DNA from: Raja brachyura
Taxonomy: Eukaryota
Direction of reading: 5' to 3'
DNA: 64,000 nucleotides
NCBI GenBank assembly: GCA_963514005.1
Contig: OY740805.1
Location: 23,932,001-23,996,000, forward strand
A model generated the notes under the pieces. It did no database searches, was not told where the DNA came from, and was given only the letters and a program-made list of their open reading frames with translations. Positions 10,801-22,800 of this stretch are shown here, piece by piece (position 1 is the first letter of the stretch; each line of letters begins with the position of its first letter). A program made the position numbers and the translations under genes.

Positions 10801-13800
10801 TGCATCGACCTAAAGGATGCATACTATTCAGTGCCAATAGACAAGGATCATCGCAGATATTTGAAATTTGTCTGGATGGGGCAGCTCTGGCAGTACAAAG
10901 CACTACCTAATGGATTGTCATCAGCACCCAGACTGTTTACCAAATTATTAAAACCAGCTTTAGCGTGTGTCAGGAAACAAAAGCATATTGTTATGGCTCA
11001 CATAGATAATATTTTAATCATGGGAAAAAAATTGGAGTTGGCCAAACTGGCCGTCTCAGCCACCGAGTACCTATTTCAAAAGCTGGGATTTGTCATTCAC
11101 CCAGATAAATCAAAATTGATGCCTTCTACTACTATGGACTATTTGGGGTTCACATTTGATTCTGTTCATATGTCTGTCACTTTGCCACCAAACAAAGCGT
11201 CAGACTTGATAGAAGCATGCAACAGCCTTACTGGCATCAGGAAACCATCTATTCGGCAAATAGCCAGAGTGATTGGGAAGCAAGTGGCTGCCTTTCTAGC
11301 CACACGATTTGGCCCACTACATTACCAAAACCTACAAAGGGCAAAAATAGCAGCACTCAAGCACCATGCAGGCCATTTTGGCAGGCCAATGCAATTACCA
11401 GGGAAAGCGAAATTAGAATTATAATGGTGGATAGACAGTGCACGACATTGCTCTAACGCCAACACTATCATAAATCCCTCGGTTATACTACAAACTGATG
11501 CCAGCGCGAAAGGTTGGGGAACAACTAATACCACCTCCAGTTGTGGTGGTAGATGGAGTGCACATGAATTAACTCTACTTCCGGCACTAGGAATTAATTA
11601 TCTAGAAATGCTGGGAGCATTTCATGGACTCCGGGCTTACTGTTCGGACATGCACCATCTGCACGTACGTTTACTGTGGTGGCTTATATCAATCATATGG
11701 GTGGAATAAAGTCGATATCCTGTGACGAATTGGTCAATACAATCTGGCACTGGTGCCTAGAAAGGAACATTTGGATATCAGCCACTTACCTTCCAGGTAG
11801 GCTAAATACAGTGGCGGACACCAGGTCACACAAATTTAATGACAACACCGAATGGATGTTGGACCGAAAAGTGTTTGCCAACATTGTAGATCGGTATGGA
11901 ACACCAGATATCGACCTTTTTGCATCCAGGCTAAATCACCAAATATCAACATATGTTGCATGGGAACCAGACCCTGGGGCAGTAGCGATGGATGCTTTCT
12001 CGCTACACTGGAGGGAATTGTTTTTCTATGCATTTCCCCCTTTTCTGCCTCATCAGTCGGGTCTTGCAAAAAACTAAACAAGACTCCGCATCGGGTATTC
12101 TGGTTGTTCCCGACTGGCCTACTCAACCATGGTTCCCTGTGGTATTGGACATGGCCACAGAACCGTGTATCCCAATAAATAAACGTCCGAGTTTATTGGT
12201 ACACCCTGTGACAGCGGAGAGTTACCCGTGCCATGACTGGATAAACCTATCGGTTTGCAGGATCTGAAAAGGCCACTTCTGGGTTATGGACTCTCGGACC
12301 GAACAATCAATGCCATCACAGCATCATGCAGGGAGTCCACCAGAAGACAGTACCTCACATACGTGAAGAAATGGGAGGTGTTCTGCACAAAAACGAACAC
12401 CACATATGACACAGCCACCATCACGGAAGTGCTGGAGTTCCTGGCAAGCCTTCATTTCGATGAAGGTTTGAGCTACAGTGCCATCAACTGTGCGAGAAGT
12501 GCCCTATCCAACTATCTTGGGCGAGGTTGCAATCACCTTACAGTGGGATCTCACCCTATGGTGTCAAAATTAATGAGGGGAATATTTAATTCAAATCCCC
12601 CCAGGCCTAGATATTCCCAGACGGGATATCAGCATAGTACTAACCATGGTCCGAGGGTGGGCACCAATAACGTCTCTTTCATTGAACAAACTGACCTACA
12701 AAATGGTCATGCTGATGGCATTCGTGACGGCACAATGGGTCCAGTCCCTCCATAAGTTAAGTATGGACGCCATGGTCATAACCAACAGCAAGGTAACTTT
12801 CGTTATACAGGGGTTACTCAAGCAAGACAGGCCTGGATCATCTGGCCAAAAGTTGGAATTCCTGGCATATCCCATAGAGAGCGATCTATGTATCGTGACC
12901 CACATTTTACGCTATATACAGGTCACCAAGAGTCTCAGGGGCACGGAGAGGGCTTTGCTCATAAGCCACAAACACCCTCATCATAGAGTCACCGTGCAAA
13001 CCATTTCAAGATGGTTACGGGTGGTATTGGGTGCAGCGGGGGTGGACACTAACGTTTTTAAATCTCACTCCACCAGGGCTGCATCCACATCTGCGGCTCG
13101 GATGATGGAAGTTCTAATGGACCACATCCTTGCAACAGCGGGTTGGACAATTGAAAAAAACCTTACAGCGGTTTTACAATAAACCCGTGGCCGTACCCGA
13201 GACGTTTGCGGGAAAAATATTAAGTTCTGTTTTATAATTTCCCCGATGTAGGGGTATTATTATTTGGTATTGTGAAATAAATACCTTTTTGTTTTTTCAG
13301 CACAGTTTCATGTCTAAAATATGTTAACATACTTCCTCCATTTCTCATAATGGCAGTGTGTGAGCATGGGTTGTTCCAGGGCATGAAATCACAGAGCTTT
13401 GAAATCTTCACGTAATCACTCACGTGACTCCGAAGTAAAATAGTAAGATTAAATGAGAACTTACCAGTTTGAAGTTTGATCTTTATTTTATGAGGAGTTA
13501 CGATGAGGGATTACGTGCCCTCCGCTCCCAAACCCTCTATTATAAAGGTCAACCGGTATGCTAGTTCTCTTATCTTACTATGTTAGTCAACTCTGGTATC
13601 TGTGATTTCACACCGTTGCTTTGAAGAATGTCGCGCATGCATGCTGGCGGGGTCTTCACGTAATCCCTCATCGTAACTCCTCATAAAATAAAGATCAAAC
13701 TTCAAACTGGTAAGTTCTCATTTAATCTTACTATTTTACACTTACACCAGCCAATTAACGTACAAACTTTTACCTCTTAGGAGTGTGGGAGGAAACCGAA

Positions 13801-16800
13801 GATCTAGGAGAAAACCCATGCGGTCACGGGGAGAACATACAAACTCCATACAGACAACTCCCATAGTCGGAATCGAACCTGGGTCTCGGGCGCTGTAAGG
13901 CAGCAACTCTACCGCTGCACCACCGTTCCTCTCAGGAAGCTGACGGTTGGATTAATATGGGACCTGAACTGAGTAAATAGGGAAGACCTACTGTCCTTAA
14001 CAGAGCAGTCAAAACAAAATGAAAGATTGGATGTGATCGGTAGGATTCGGAGGAGAGATTGAAACATTTTCCACACAGAGGTGGGAGGGTTCTGGAAATC
14101 ATTGCCGGCAGAGTGTGATGGAGACAGAAACACTGAGCACATTTAAACTGGCTCAATGCGTACTTGAATTGCTGAGCTATGTACCCAGTGCTCGAAGATG
14201 GGGTGAACGATAAGATACGATAAGATAAGATTCATCCCAGGAGAGAAATTCATCTGCCAACAGTCATAAAAACACAAAATATATGAAACATAAAATTAAA
14301 GTGACGAGTGGAAAGAATTGGGGCTGTGCAAAGATTGGGGAGGGTAGAGGGTGAGGGGGAGTGGAGAGTATGTCTCAGTCTACCCAACAACAGAAAAGGT
14401 CACAGCCTCAGAATTAAAGGACGTTCTTTCAGGAAGGAGATGAGAAGGAATTTCTTTAGTCAGGTGGTGGTGAATCTGTGGAATTATTTGCCACATAAGG
14501 CTGTGGAGGCCCAGTCAGTGGATATTTGTAAGACAGGGATAGATAGAAACTTGATCAGTAAGGCTGTCAGGGGTTATGGGGTGAAGGCAGTAGAATGGGA
14601 TCAGGCGGGAGAGATAGATCAGCCATGATTGAAAGGTGGAGTAGACTTGATGGGCTGAAAGGCCTAATTCTGCTCCTATTACTTATGAAATTAGTATGGG
14701 AGGAACTCAGTGGGTCAGTCAGCATCTGTGGAGGGAAATGGACAGGCAACGTTTCAAGTAGAAACTCATGCTTAGGATTACATCATCTGAAGTTCTTTGA
14801 GTTCATTCCCTCCACAGGAGCTGCCTGATCAGCAGAGTTACTCCAGCACATTGTGTTTTGTTCAGGATTCCGCTGTACTTCCTTGTGTCTGACTGCAAAT
14901 GCCACTTGTTCAATTGCCCTCCACAGTGGCAACGTGACCGCCTGAGTTTGTACAGCCCTTCATGTTTTCCTCAACATCCCAGCATTTGGAGTTTCTTGTG
15001 TTTGACTGCAAACAAAGGAGATTGTGATGGGCTTCAGGAAATGAGGATGCACAGTCTTTTACCCAGAGTAGGGGAATCAAGAACCAGAGGAGATAGGTTT
15101 AAGGTGAGAGGGGAAAGATTTGAGGGGCAACTTTTTCGGACAGCAGGTGGTGGTTATGAAATGAGCTGCCGGAGGAGGTAGTTAGGCATAAATTATTACA
15201 GCTTTGAAAAGACATTTGGATAGATACAGGGACAGGAAATGTTTAGAGGTATATGGACCAAACATGAGCAGGTGGGGATGGAGTTGCTGGCGCACTTTGG
15301 CCGGCATGGGCAAGCTGGGCCGAAGGGCCTGTTTCCGTGCTTTATGACTCTATGACTGTAACCGTGGACATAAACAAGGTCTGTTGTACATGTTGGACTG
15401 TTCTCAAAGCAAGGTTTCTCAAGATTGCTGAAGAAAGGTCTCGACCCGAAACACCACCCATTCTCTCCAGAGATGCTGCCTGTCCCACTGAGTTACTCCA
15501 GCATTTTGTGTCTATTTTCGATTTAAACCAGCATCTGCATTTCCTTCCTGCACAAGGTTGCTCAAGTGTTACCACAGACCATCCGAGACTAATGATGTAA
15601 CTATACCCATAATGTATCTCTATGTTTTGCTGCATGGCAACCAACGCATCTTCCATTCTTACTTCATGAACCTTTGAACAAAAATAGCCTCCAAGTTGCA
15701 TCAGACGGGGGATTCCAGTAAAATAAAGCCAAACTGGTTTTGCAACTGGCATCAAAACACTGATGAAGGATATTTGATCAAGTTACTCTTGTTTCTCTCA
15801 CCACAAATGAAACTTAATCTTCTGAATGTTTGCAGCATATTCTGCTTTTATTTTATATTTCCAGAATCTGCAGTTGTATTTAATTGATTTTGAACTTTGG
15901 TGAACATGTGTAAGGAAGGACATTGTTGATCTATGTAGGTAAAACCGGGAAAATACAATGGGATCTTCAAGCACAATGTTGGGGCTCCAGATTGAACTGA
16001 TACTGTGGGAACACTCATTTAACATACCAGTTTTGAGAAAGTTATCGATTTCTAATTTGACTCTGCTGCAGCTGGTAGAGTCATAATCGTAGAGCATGGA
16101 AACAGGCCCTTCAGCCCAACTTGCCCTTACCATCCAAGATGCCCCATCTACACCCATCCCATCTGCCGAGGTTTGGCGCATAATCCTTTCTTACCGATGT
16201 GGCTATCCAAAGATCTGTTATGGTACCTGCCCCCACTACCTCATCTGGCAGTTCTTTCCATATACCAACCATCCCCTATGTGAAACATTTGCTCCTCAAT
16301 TTCTATTAAATCTTTCTCACCTTGGTACCATTGGTTCTTGGTTCCCTTACTCTGGTTAAAAGACTATGCATTTGCCTTATCTATTCCCCTCATGATCTGA
16401 TACACCACTGTAAGATCACCCCTCTGTGTCCTGCACTCTTTGGAATCAAGTCCTAACCTGCCCCACCTCTCCCTGTAACAGGCCCCAAAGTCCTAGCAAC
16501 ACCCTCACAAATCTTCTCAGTACTCATTCCAGCTTCATGACACCCTTCCTATAGCAGGGTAACGGGGTGGAGCTGCTGTCTCACTGCATCAGAGACCCCG
16601 TGCAGTTCTATCCTGCTACCTGGTGCCATCTGCGTGGAGTTTGCACATTCATCCTGTGATTGAGGGGGGTTTCTCCGGGTGCTCCGGTTTCATTGAACAT
16701 CCCAAAGACATGAGGGATTGCCCCCAGTATGTAGGGAGTTGATGAGAAAGTGGGATAACATAAAAAGGACGTGAGTGAGTTTAGTTGAGCTTAGTTTAAT

Positions 16801-19800
16801 GGAGTTAAGTATATTGTCTGAGAAACAGTGAATGAAAAGCTTTTTGATGCATGATAAAGTCTGATTAAAGATAGTCTGAGGATTGGAGGAATGAGTGATC
16901 TGTGGTCAGCATGGACTTGATATATGCATGCTGCATCTGTCAATCAATTAAAAATGTTAAATGCAGATGCTCGTTTGCACTGAAGATAGACACGAAATGC
17001 TAGAGTAACTCAGTGGGTCAGGCAGCAGCTCTAGAGAAAAGGAATAGGTGACGTTTCGGGTCGAGGCACTTTATCAGATTGGTGTCAAAAATATTTCTTA
17101 TTTTGGGCTGTATATTTGTCCGACAGCTCAAAGGAAAGGTAATGCTGGGACTATAAGGAAAGTCAATGCCGGGAAACAGAGGACTCACTGAGCTACCACG
17201 TAAATTGCATTCTGCCCCTCCCCAGTAATTGTAGCCCCAGGCTGAGGAGCAGCACGGAAAATATATTTAACAATGCACTATCCTTCTTGAAGATGGGATT
17301 TCCCCTTTATCATCTAGTTTCCTGCTGTTTGGCCCAAGCATCAGACTCCGTCTGAAGAAGGGTCTCGACCCAAAACATCACCCATTCCTTCTCTCCAGAG
17401 ATGCTGTCTGAGTTACTGCAGCTTTTTGTGTCTATTTTTGTTTTAAACCAGCATCTGCAGTTCCTTCCCACAAGACACTCCGTCTGCTGAATACCAGCCC
17501 TTTCAACACAGTTGCGGTGGCGCAGCGGTAGAGTTGCTGCCTTAAGCGAATGCAGTGCCAGAGACCCGGGTTCGGTGCCGATTGAGGAGGCTGTCTGTAC
17601 AGAGCTTGTACGTTCTCCCCGTGACCTGCGTAGGTTTTCTCCGAGATCTTCGGTTTCCTCCCACATTCCAAAGATGTACATGTAGGTTAATTGGCTTGGT
17701 AAATGTAAAAATTGTCCCTAGTGGGTGTAGGATAGTGTTAATGTGCAGGGATCACTGGTCGGTGTGGGTCTGTTTCCGTGCTGTATCTCTAAACTAGATT
17801 GCCCACATGTTTCATGTGCCATAATGCTCCTGGATTCGAGGGTATTGACTGTAATGAGAGCTAGGTCAAACTTGGATTGTTTTTTCTGGAACGTCAGAGG
17901 CTGTCTGTAGACATGATAGCAGTTTCTAAAATTATGACAGATGTAGATTTGGTGGAGAGTGAGAATTTTTTTTTCCCCCAGAATGGAAATGACAAAGACT
18001 AGAGGGTATAGGTTTAAGGTTAGAGGGACAGGCTTTAAAGGAAGAAGAAGAAGGGTATCGGCCCGAAACGTTGCCTATTTCCTTCATTCCACAGATGCTG
18101 CTGCACCCGCTGAGTTTCTCCAGCATTTTGTGTACCCCCAGGCTTTAAAGGAGATGTGCAGAGCATGTTTATTTTTTAAACATAGGGGAGTGGTGGGTGC
18201 CTGGAATGCACTGCCAGGGGCTGTGGTGGTGAGGCAGATGTGATAGAGGAATTTAGGAGGCTTTTGTATCAGCACATGGATATGCAGAAAATGGAGCTAT
18301 GTGGTTCACATGCAGGCTGGGGAGTTTAACTGGCATACGATACGATAGAAGTTTATTTATCCCAGGAGGGAAATTGGTCTGCCAACAGTAATAAAACACA
18401 ACAAGATGCATGAAACTCAATGCATTTTACGCACGCTTTGATAGGGAGAACACCGATGTGCCTTCCCGAGCCTCTATTCGCTGTGATGGTATTTCAGTCT
18501 CAGTCACAGAGGCCGACGTCAGGAAATCCTTGAGGGGGGTGAACCCTCGAAAAGCGTCTGGACCTGATGGTATACCTGGTCGTGTCCTAAAAACCTGTGC
18601 GGACCAACTGGCTGGAGTTTTTACGGACATTTTCAACCTGTCACTCCTGAGGTCTGAGGTTCCCACCTGCTTCAAAAGAGCATCAATAATTACGGTGCCC
18701 AAGAAGAGCAAGGTGACGTGCCTCAATGACTATCGACCTGTGGCACTAACGCCTGTGGTGATGAAGTGCTTCGAGAGGTTCATCATGGCACAAATCAACT
18801 CCTACCTCGACAAAAACCTGGACCCACTGCAGTTCGCTTACCGCCACAACAGATCAACGGTGGACGCAATCTCGCTGGCCCTCCACTCCGCTCTGGACCA
18901 CTTGGACAACAAAAACTCATATGTCAGGCTGCTATTTATTGACTACAGCTCGGCATTTAACACAATCATCCCCTCCAAGCTGGTTACCAAACTCGCAGAA
19001 CTGGGTCTTTGCGCATCCCTCTGCAATTGGATCCTCGACTTCCTCACCCACAGACCACAGTCTGTTCGTATTGGTGGAAATGTGTCAGACTCGATAACAA
19101 TCAGCACGGGAGCACCTCAGGGCTGCGTGCTCAGCCCCCTGCTGTACTCACTCTATACTCATGACTGCGTAGCCGGTCATAGCGCGAACTCCATCATCAA
19201 GTTCGCTGACGACACCACTGTTGTGGGACGTATCACTGATGGGGATGAGTCCGAGTATAGAAGAGAGATCGAGCGACTGTCCATATGGTGCCAGCACAAC
19301 AACCTGGCCCTCAACACCAACAAAACCAAGGAACTGATTGTGGACTTTGGAAGGAGTAGGATGGGGACCCAGAGTCCTGTTTATATCAACGGGTCGATGG
19401 TTGAAAGGGTCAAGAGCTTCAAATTCCTGGGCGTGCACATCTGTGAAGATCTTTCCTGGTCCGAGAACACAGATGCAATTATTAAGAAAGCTCATCAGCG
19501 CCTCTACTTCCTGAGAAGATTACGGAGAGTTGGTCTGTCAAGGAGGACTCTCTCTAACTTCTATAGGTGTACAGTAGGGAGCTTGCTGACTGGTTGCATC
19601 GTGGCTTGGTTCGGCAACTTGAGCGCCCTGGAGAGGAAAAGACTCCAAAAAGTAGTAAACACTGCCCAGTCCATCATCGGCTCTGACCTTCCTTCCATCG
19701 AGGGGATTTATCACAGTCGCTGCCTCAAAAAGGCTGGCAGCATCATCAAGGACCCACACCACCCTAGCCACACACTCATCTCCCTGCTACCTTCGGGCAG

Positions 19801-22800
19801 AAGGTACAGGAGCCTGAAGACTGCAACAACCCGGTTTAAGAATAGCTACTTCCCCACAGCCATCAGGCTATTAAACCTGGCTCGGAACTCTAATCATTAA
19901 TATCCCTCCATCTGTTATTTGCACTTTATTAATTTATTAAGTCATGAGTGTATTTATGTATAGAATTGTAGTCAATGCCTTCTATGTCCTGTTGTGCTAT
20001 GCAAAGAAAGATTTTCATTGTCCTGTCAGGGACACATGACAATAAACTCTTTTGACTTTGACTTGACTTTGAAACATGGAGTTAAAGTGACTAGTGGAAA
20101 CGATTGTGGATGTTCAAAAATTGGGGATGTGGGGGGGGGGGGGGGATGGGGAAGGGGAGTCAATCTACCTTACGAGAGAAGTGGGAGGAGTTATGGTTTG
20201 GAAGCCACAGGAAGCCAAAGGATCTGTACTGCATCTTGGTGGAACTAGTCGGTTGCTGAAGGTACTTCTCAGGTTGACCAGTGTGTCATGGAGGGGGTGA
20301 GCTGTACTGTCCAAGATGCTTCGCAGTTTGAGGAACATCCCTCCAAGACCACCTCCCATGAATCCAACTCCACTCCCAGGACGGAGCCAGCCTTCCCAGC
20401 ACACGGCAGCGAAGAAGACGGCACTGGCCACCACCAATTGGTGGAACATCTGCAGCATCTTACTGCAGATGTTGAAGGAGCCTCATATTCAGCATGGACA
20501 TTGAGGGCTGAGGGCCTGTTCCTGTACTATACTGATCTATGTTTCATGTCATTCAAACCCCATTTGTTCCTTCCCCATAAAATACGGTGAATTCCCCAAT
20601 ACTCTGCCAGGTTTCCATGAAAGATGATCCAAGTCCACGCCGACCATTGGTCACCCGTTCACACTAGGCTCCTAAGTCCTAGGAGCAAAATTTGGCCATT
20701 TGGCGTACCAAGTCTACTCTGCCATTCATTCATGGCTAATCTATCTTTCCCTCTTAACCCCATTCTCCTGCTTTCTCCCCATAACGCCTGATACGGTTAC
20801 TAATCAAGAATCTGTCAATCTCCGCCTTAAAAATATCCATTGACGACCTCCACAGCCGTTTGTGGGAATGAATTCCACAGATTCACCACCCTCTGACTAC
20901 AGACATTCCTCCTCATCTCCATCCTAAAAGCAAGTCATTTTATTCTGAAGGTATGGCCTCTGGTCCTCAACTCTCCCACTAGTGGAAACATCCTCTCCAC
21001 ATTCATTCTATCCAGACCTTTCACAATTCATTAAGTTTCAATGAGGTCCCCCCCTCATCCATCTAAGTTCCAGTGAGTACAGGCCCAGTGCCTTCAAACA
21101 ATCATCATATGTGAGCCCAATCATTCCTAGAATCCTTCTCGTAATCCTTCTCTGGACCCGCTCCAATGCCAGCACATCTTTCTTCAGAGGAAGGGATGTT
21201 TCCTTAAAAATATCCATTGACTTGGCCTCCACAGCCTTCTGTGGCAATTAATTCCACAGATTCACCACCCTCTAACTAAAGAAATTCCTCATTTCCTTTC
21301 TGCAAACAGGAGTGAAGCAGATTGTGGACAACATACAATGACTTACCTCCCCTCAATGTCATTGTCAGCGTCTCTGACAGGCTGCTGTGCTGGACCTGAC
21401 AGCTGTACATCTTCGGATCTTGGCCTTGTAGCTCGATTAGCAGTTCCATCCTGTACGTGTCATCGTGGTTTGGTAGAAGGATCTCGTTTATCCCATTGGA
21501 GACGGCCTGCCCATTTCTCAGCCAAGTGGCGTTGATTGCACGGGGGTAAAAGGGAGTGATGACACACCGGAGACCCTCGCCTCTGTCAGCCGTCGGCTCC
21601 CTTTTCAACACTGTTACCCCTGGAACAACTGGGGAAGAATGGAGAGTAACGTCACTAATTTAACACAGAGGACATTACCTTACAGATTGGGATTAGGCAC
21701 ACCAACCTTGCCGTCTTACCTCACAAACTAGTTAGCTCGTTCATGAAACATGGTGGAGTACATGCCCCACTCAGTATCAATTATGCCGAAGTAGAAATGA
21801 TTCAGATCATCAAGTTTTTGGCATTAGTATTACCAACGATCTATCACAGACCAAACACATTGATACAGCAGCCAAGAAGGCATACCAAGGCCTTTACTAC
21901 CTTAGGAGACTCAGGAAATTTGGGATGACTCCAATGATTCTTACAATCCTCTACAGAAGCTCCATGCTTGGTTTGGGAACAGCTCTACCCAAGACCACAA
22001 AAAATTGCAAAGAGTTGTAGATATAGCCCAGACCATCATGCAGTCCAGACTCCCCATCACTGACTCCATCTACATTTCACGCTGCCACAAAAAAAGCAGC
22101 CAACACAATCAAAGACTTGTCCCACCCCCGGTCATCCCTTCTTCCCCCTGCTCCCGTCAGGCAAATGGTACAGAAGCTTGAAAGCATGCACCAGCACCAC
22201 CTCTGCTGCCAGGTTTCTGAGCGGTCCTTCCATAAGCTAGGGTACTGTCCAATTCACCTCTACCCCATTTGATTCTGTCTAATGGACTGATGAACTGTAT
22301 CTTCCCCTTAGCACTATCTATTGTACTTGAGTTTAACTTTATTACATTTATGTACAGTATAATCTGATCTCTCTCTCCATCCTCACCCCATTCACCTGCC
22401 TTATCCCCATAACCTTAGACACCCGTACTAATTACTGGAATTTAGAAGGATGAGAGGGGATCTTGTGGAAACATAAAATTATAAAAGGACTGAACAAGCT
22501 AGATGCAGGAAAAATGTTCCCAATGTTGGGGGGAGTCCAGAACCAGGGGCCACAGTCTAAGAATAAAGGGGTGGCCATTTAAAATTGAGATGAGAAAAAA
22601 CGTTGTCACCCAGAGAGTTATGAATTTGTGGAATTCTCTGCCACAGAAGGCAGTAGAGGCCAATTCCCTGGATGAGTTTAAAAGAGAATTAGACAGACCT
22701 CTAGGGGCTAGCGGAATCAAGGGGTATGGGGAGAAGGCAAGCACCGGTTACTGATTGTGGAGGATCAGCCATGATCACAATGAATGGCGGTGCAGGCTCA

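Larger units (their letters stand above)
9032..13737 (+). mobile_element. DIRS-type tyrosine-recombinase retrotransposon (degenerate), in the class I intron, antisense to the gene
   Basis: gag-like ORF1, RT, RNase H, DNA adenine methyltransferase-like domain, tyrosine recombinase; internal complementary region at ~13417-13517; inserted at a TTTT inside a SINE. Confidence 0.95.

Noticed and set aside
11850-12267. Horizontally acquired bacterial DNA methyltransferase
   Set aside because: The DAM-like domain is a standard part of DIRS pol
15600-15800. Unique stretch within ORF 15342-15755 as a possible exon
   Set aside because: No recognisable domain or convincing splice pair; the ORF continues into repeats
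17183-17335. Alternative TM or linker exon for the class I gene (GTGAGT donor, mildly hydrophobic frame)
   Set aside because: The candidate exon is about 53 nt and not phase-symmetric; the hydrophobic frame has no suitable acceptor and hits a stop
17515-17590. tRNA gene
   Set aside because: The A/B boxes are the head of a SINE and are followed by the SINE body and tail
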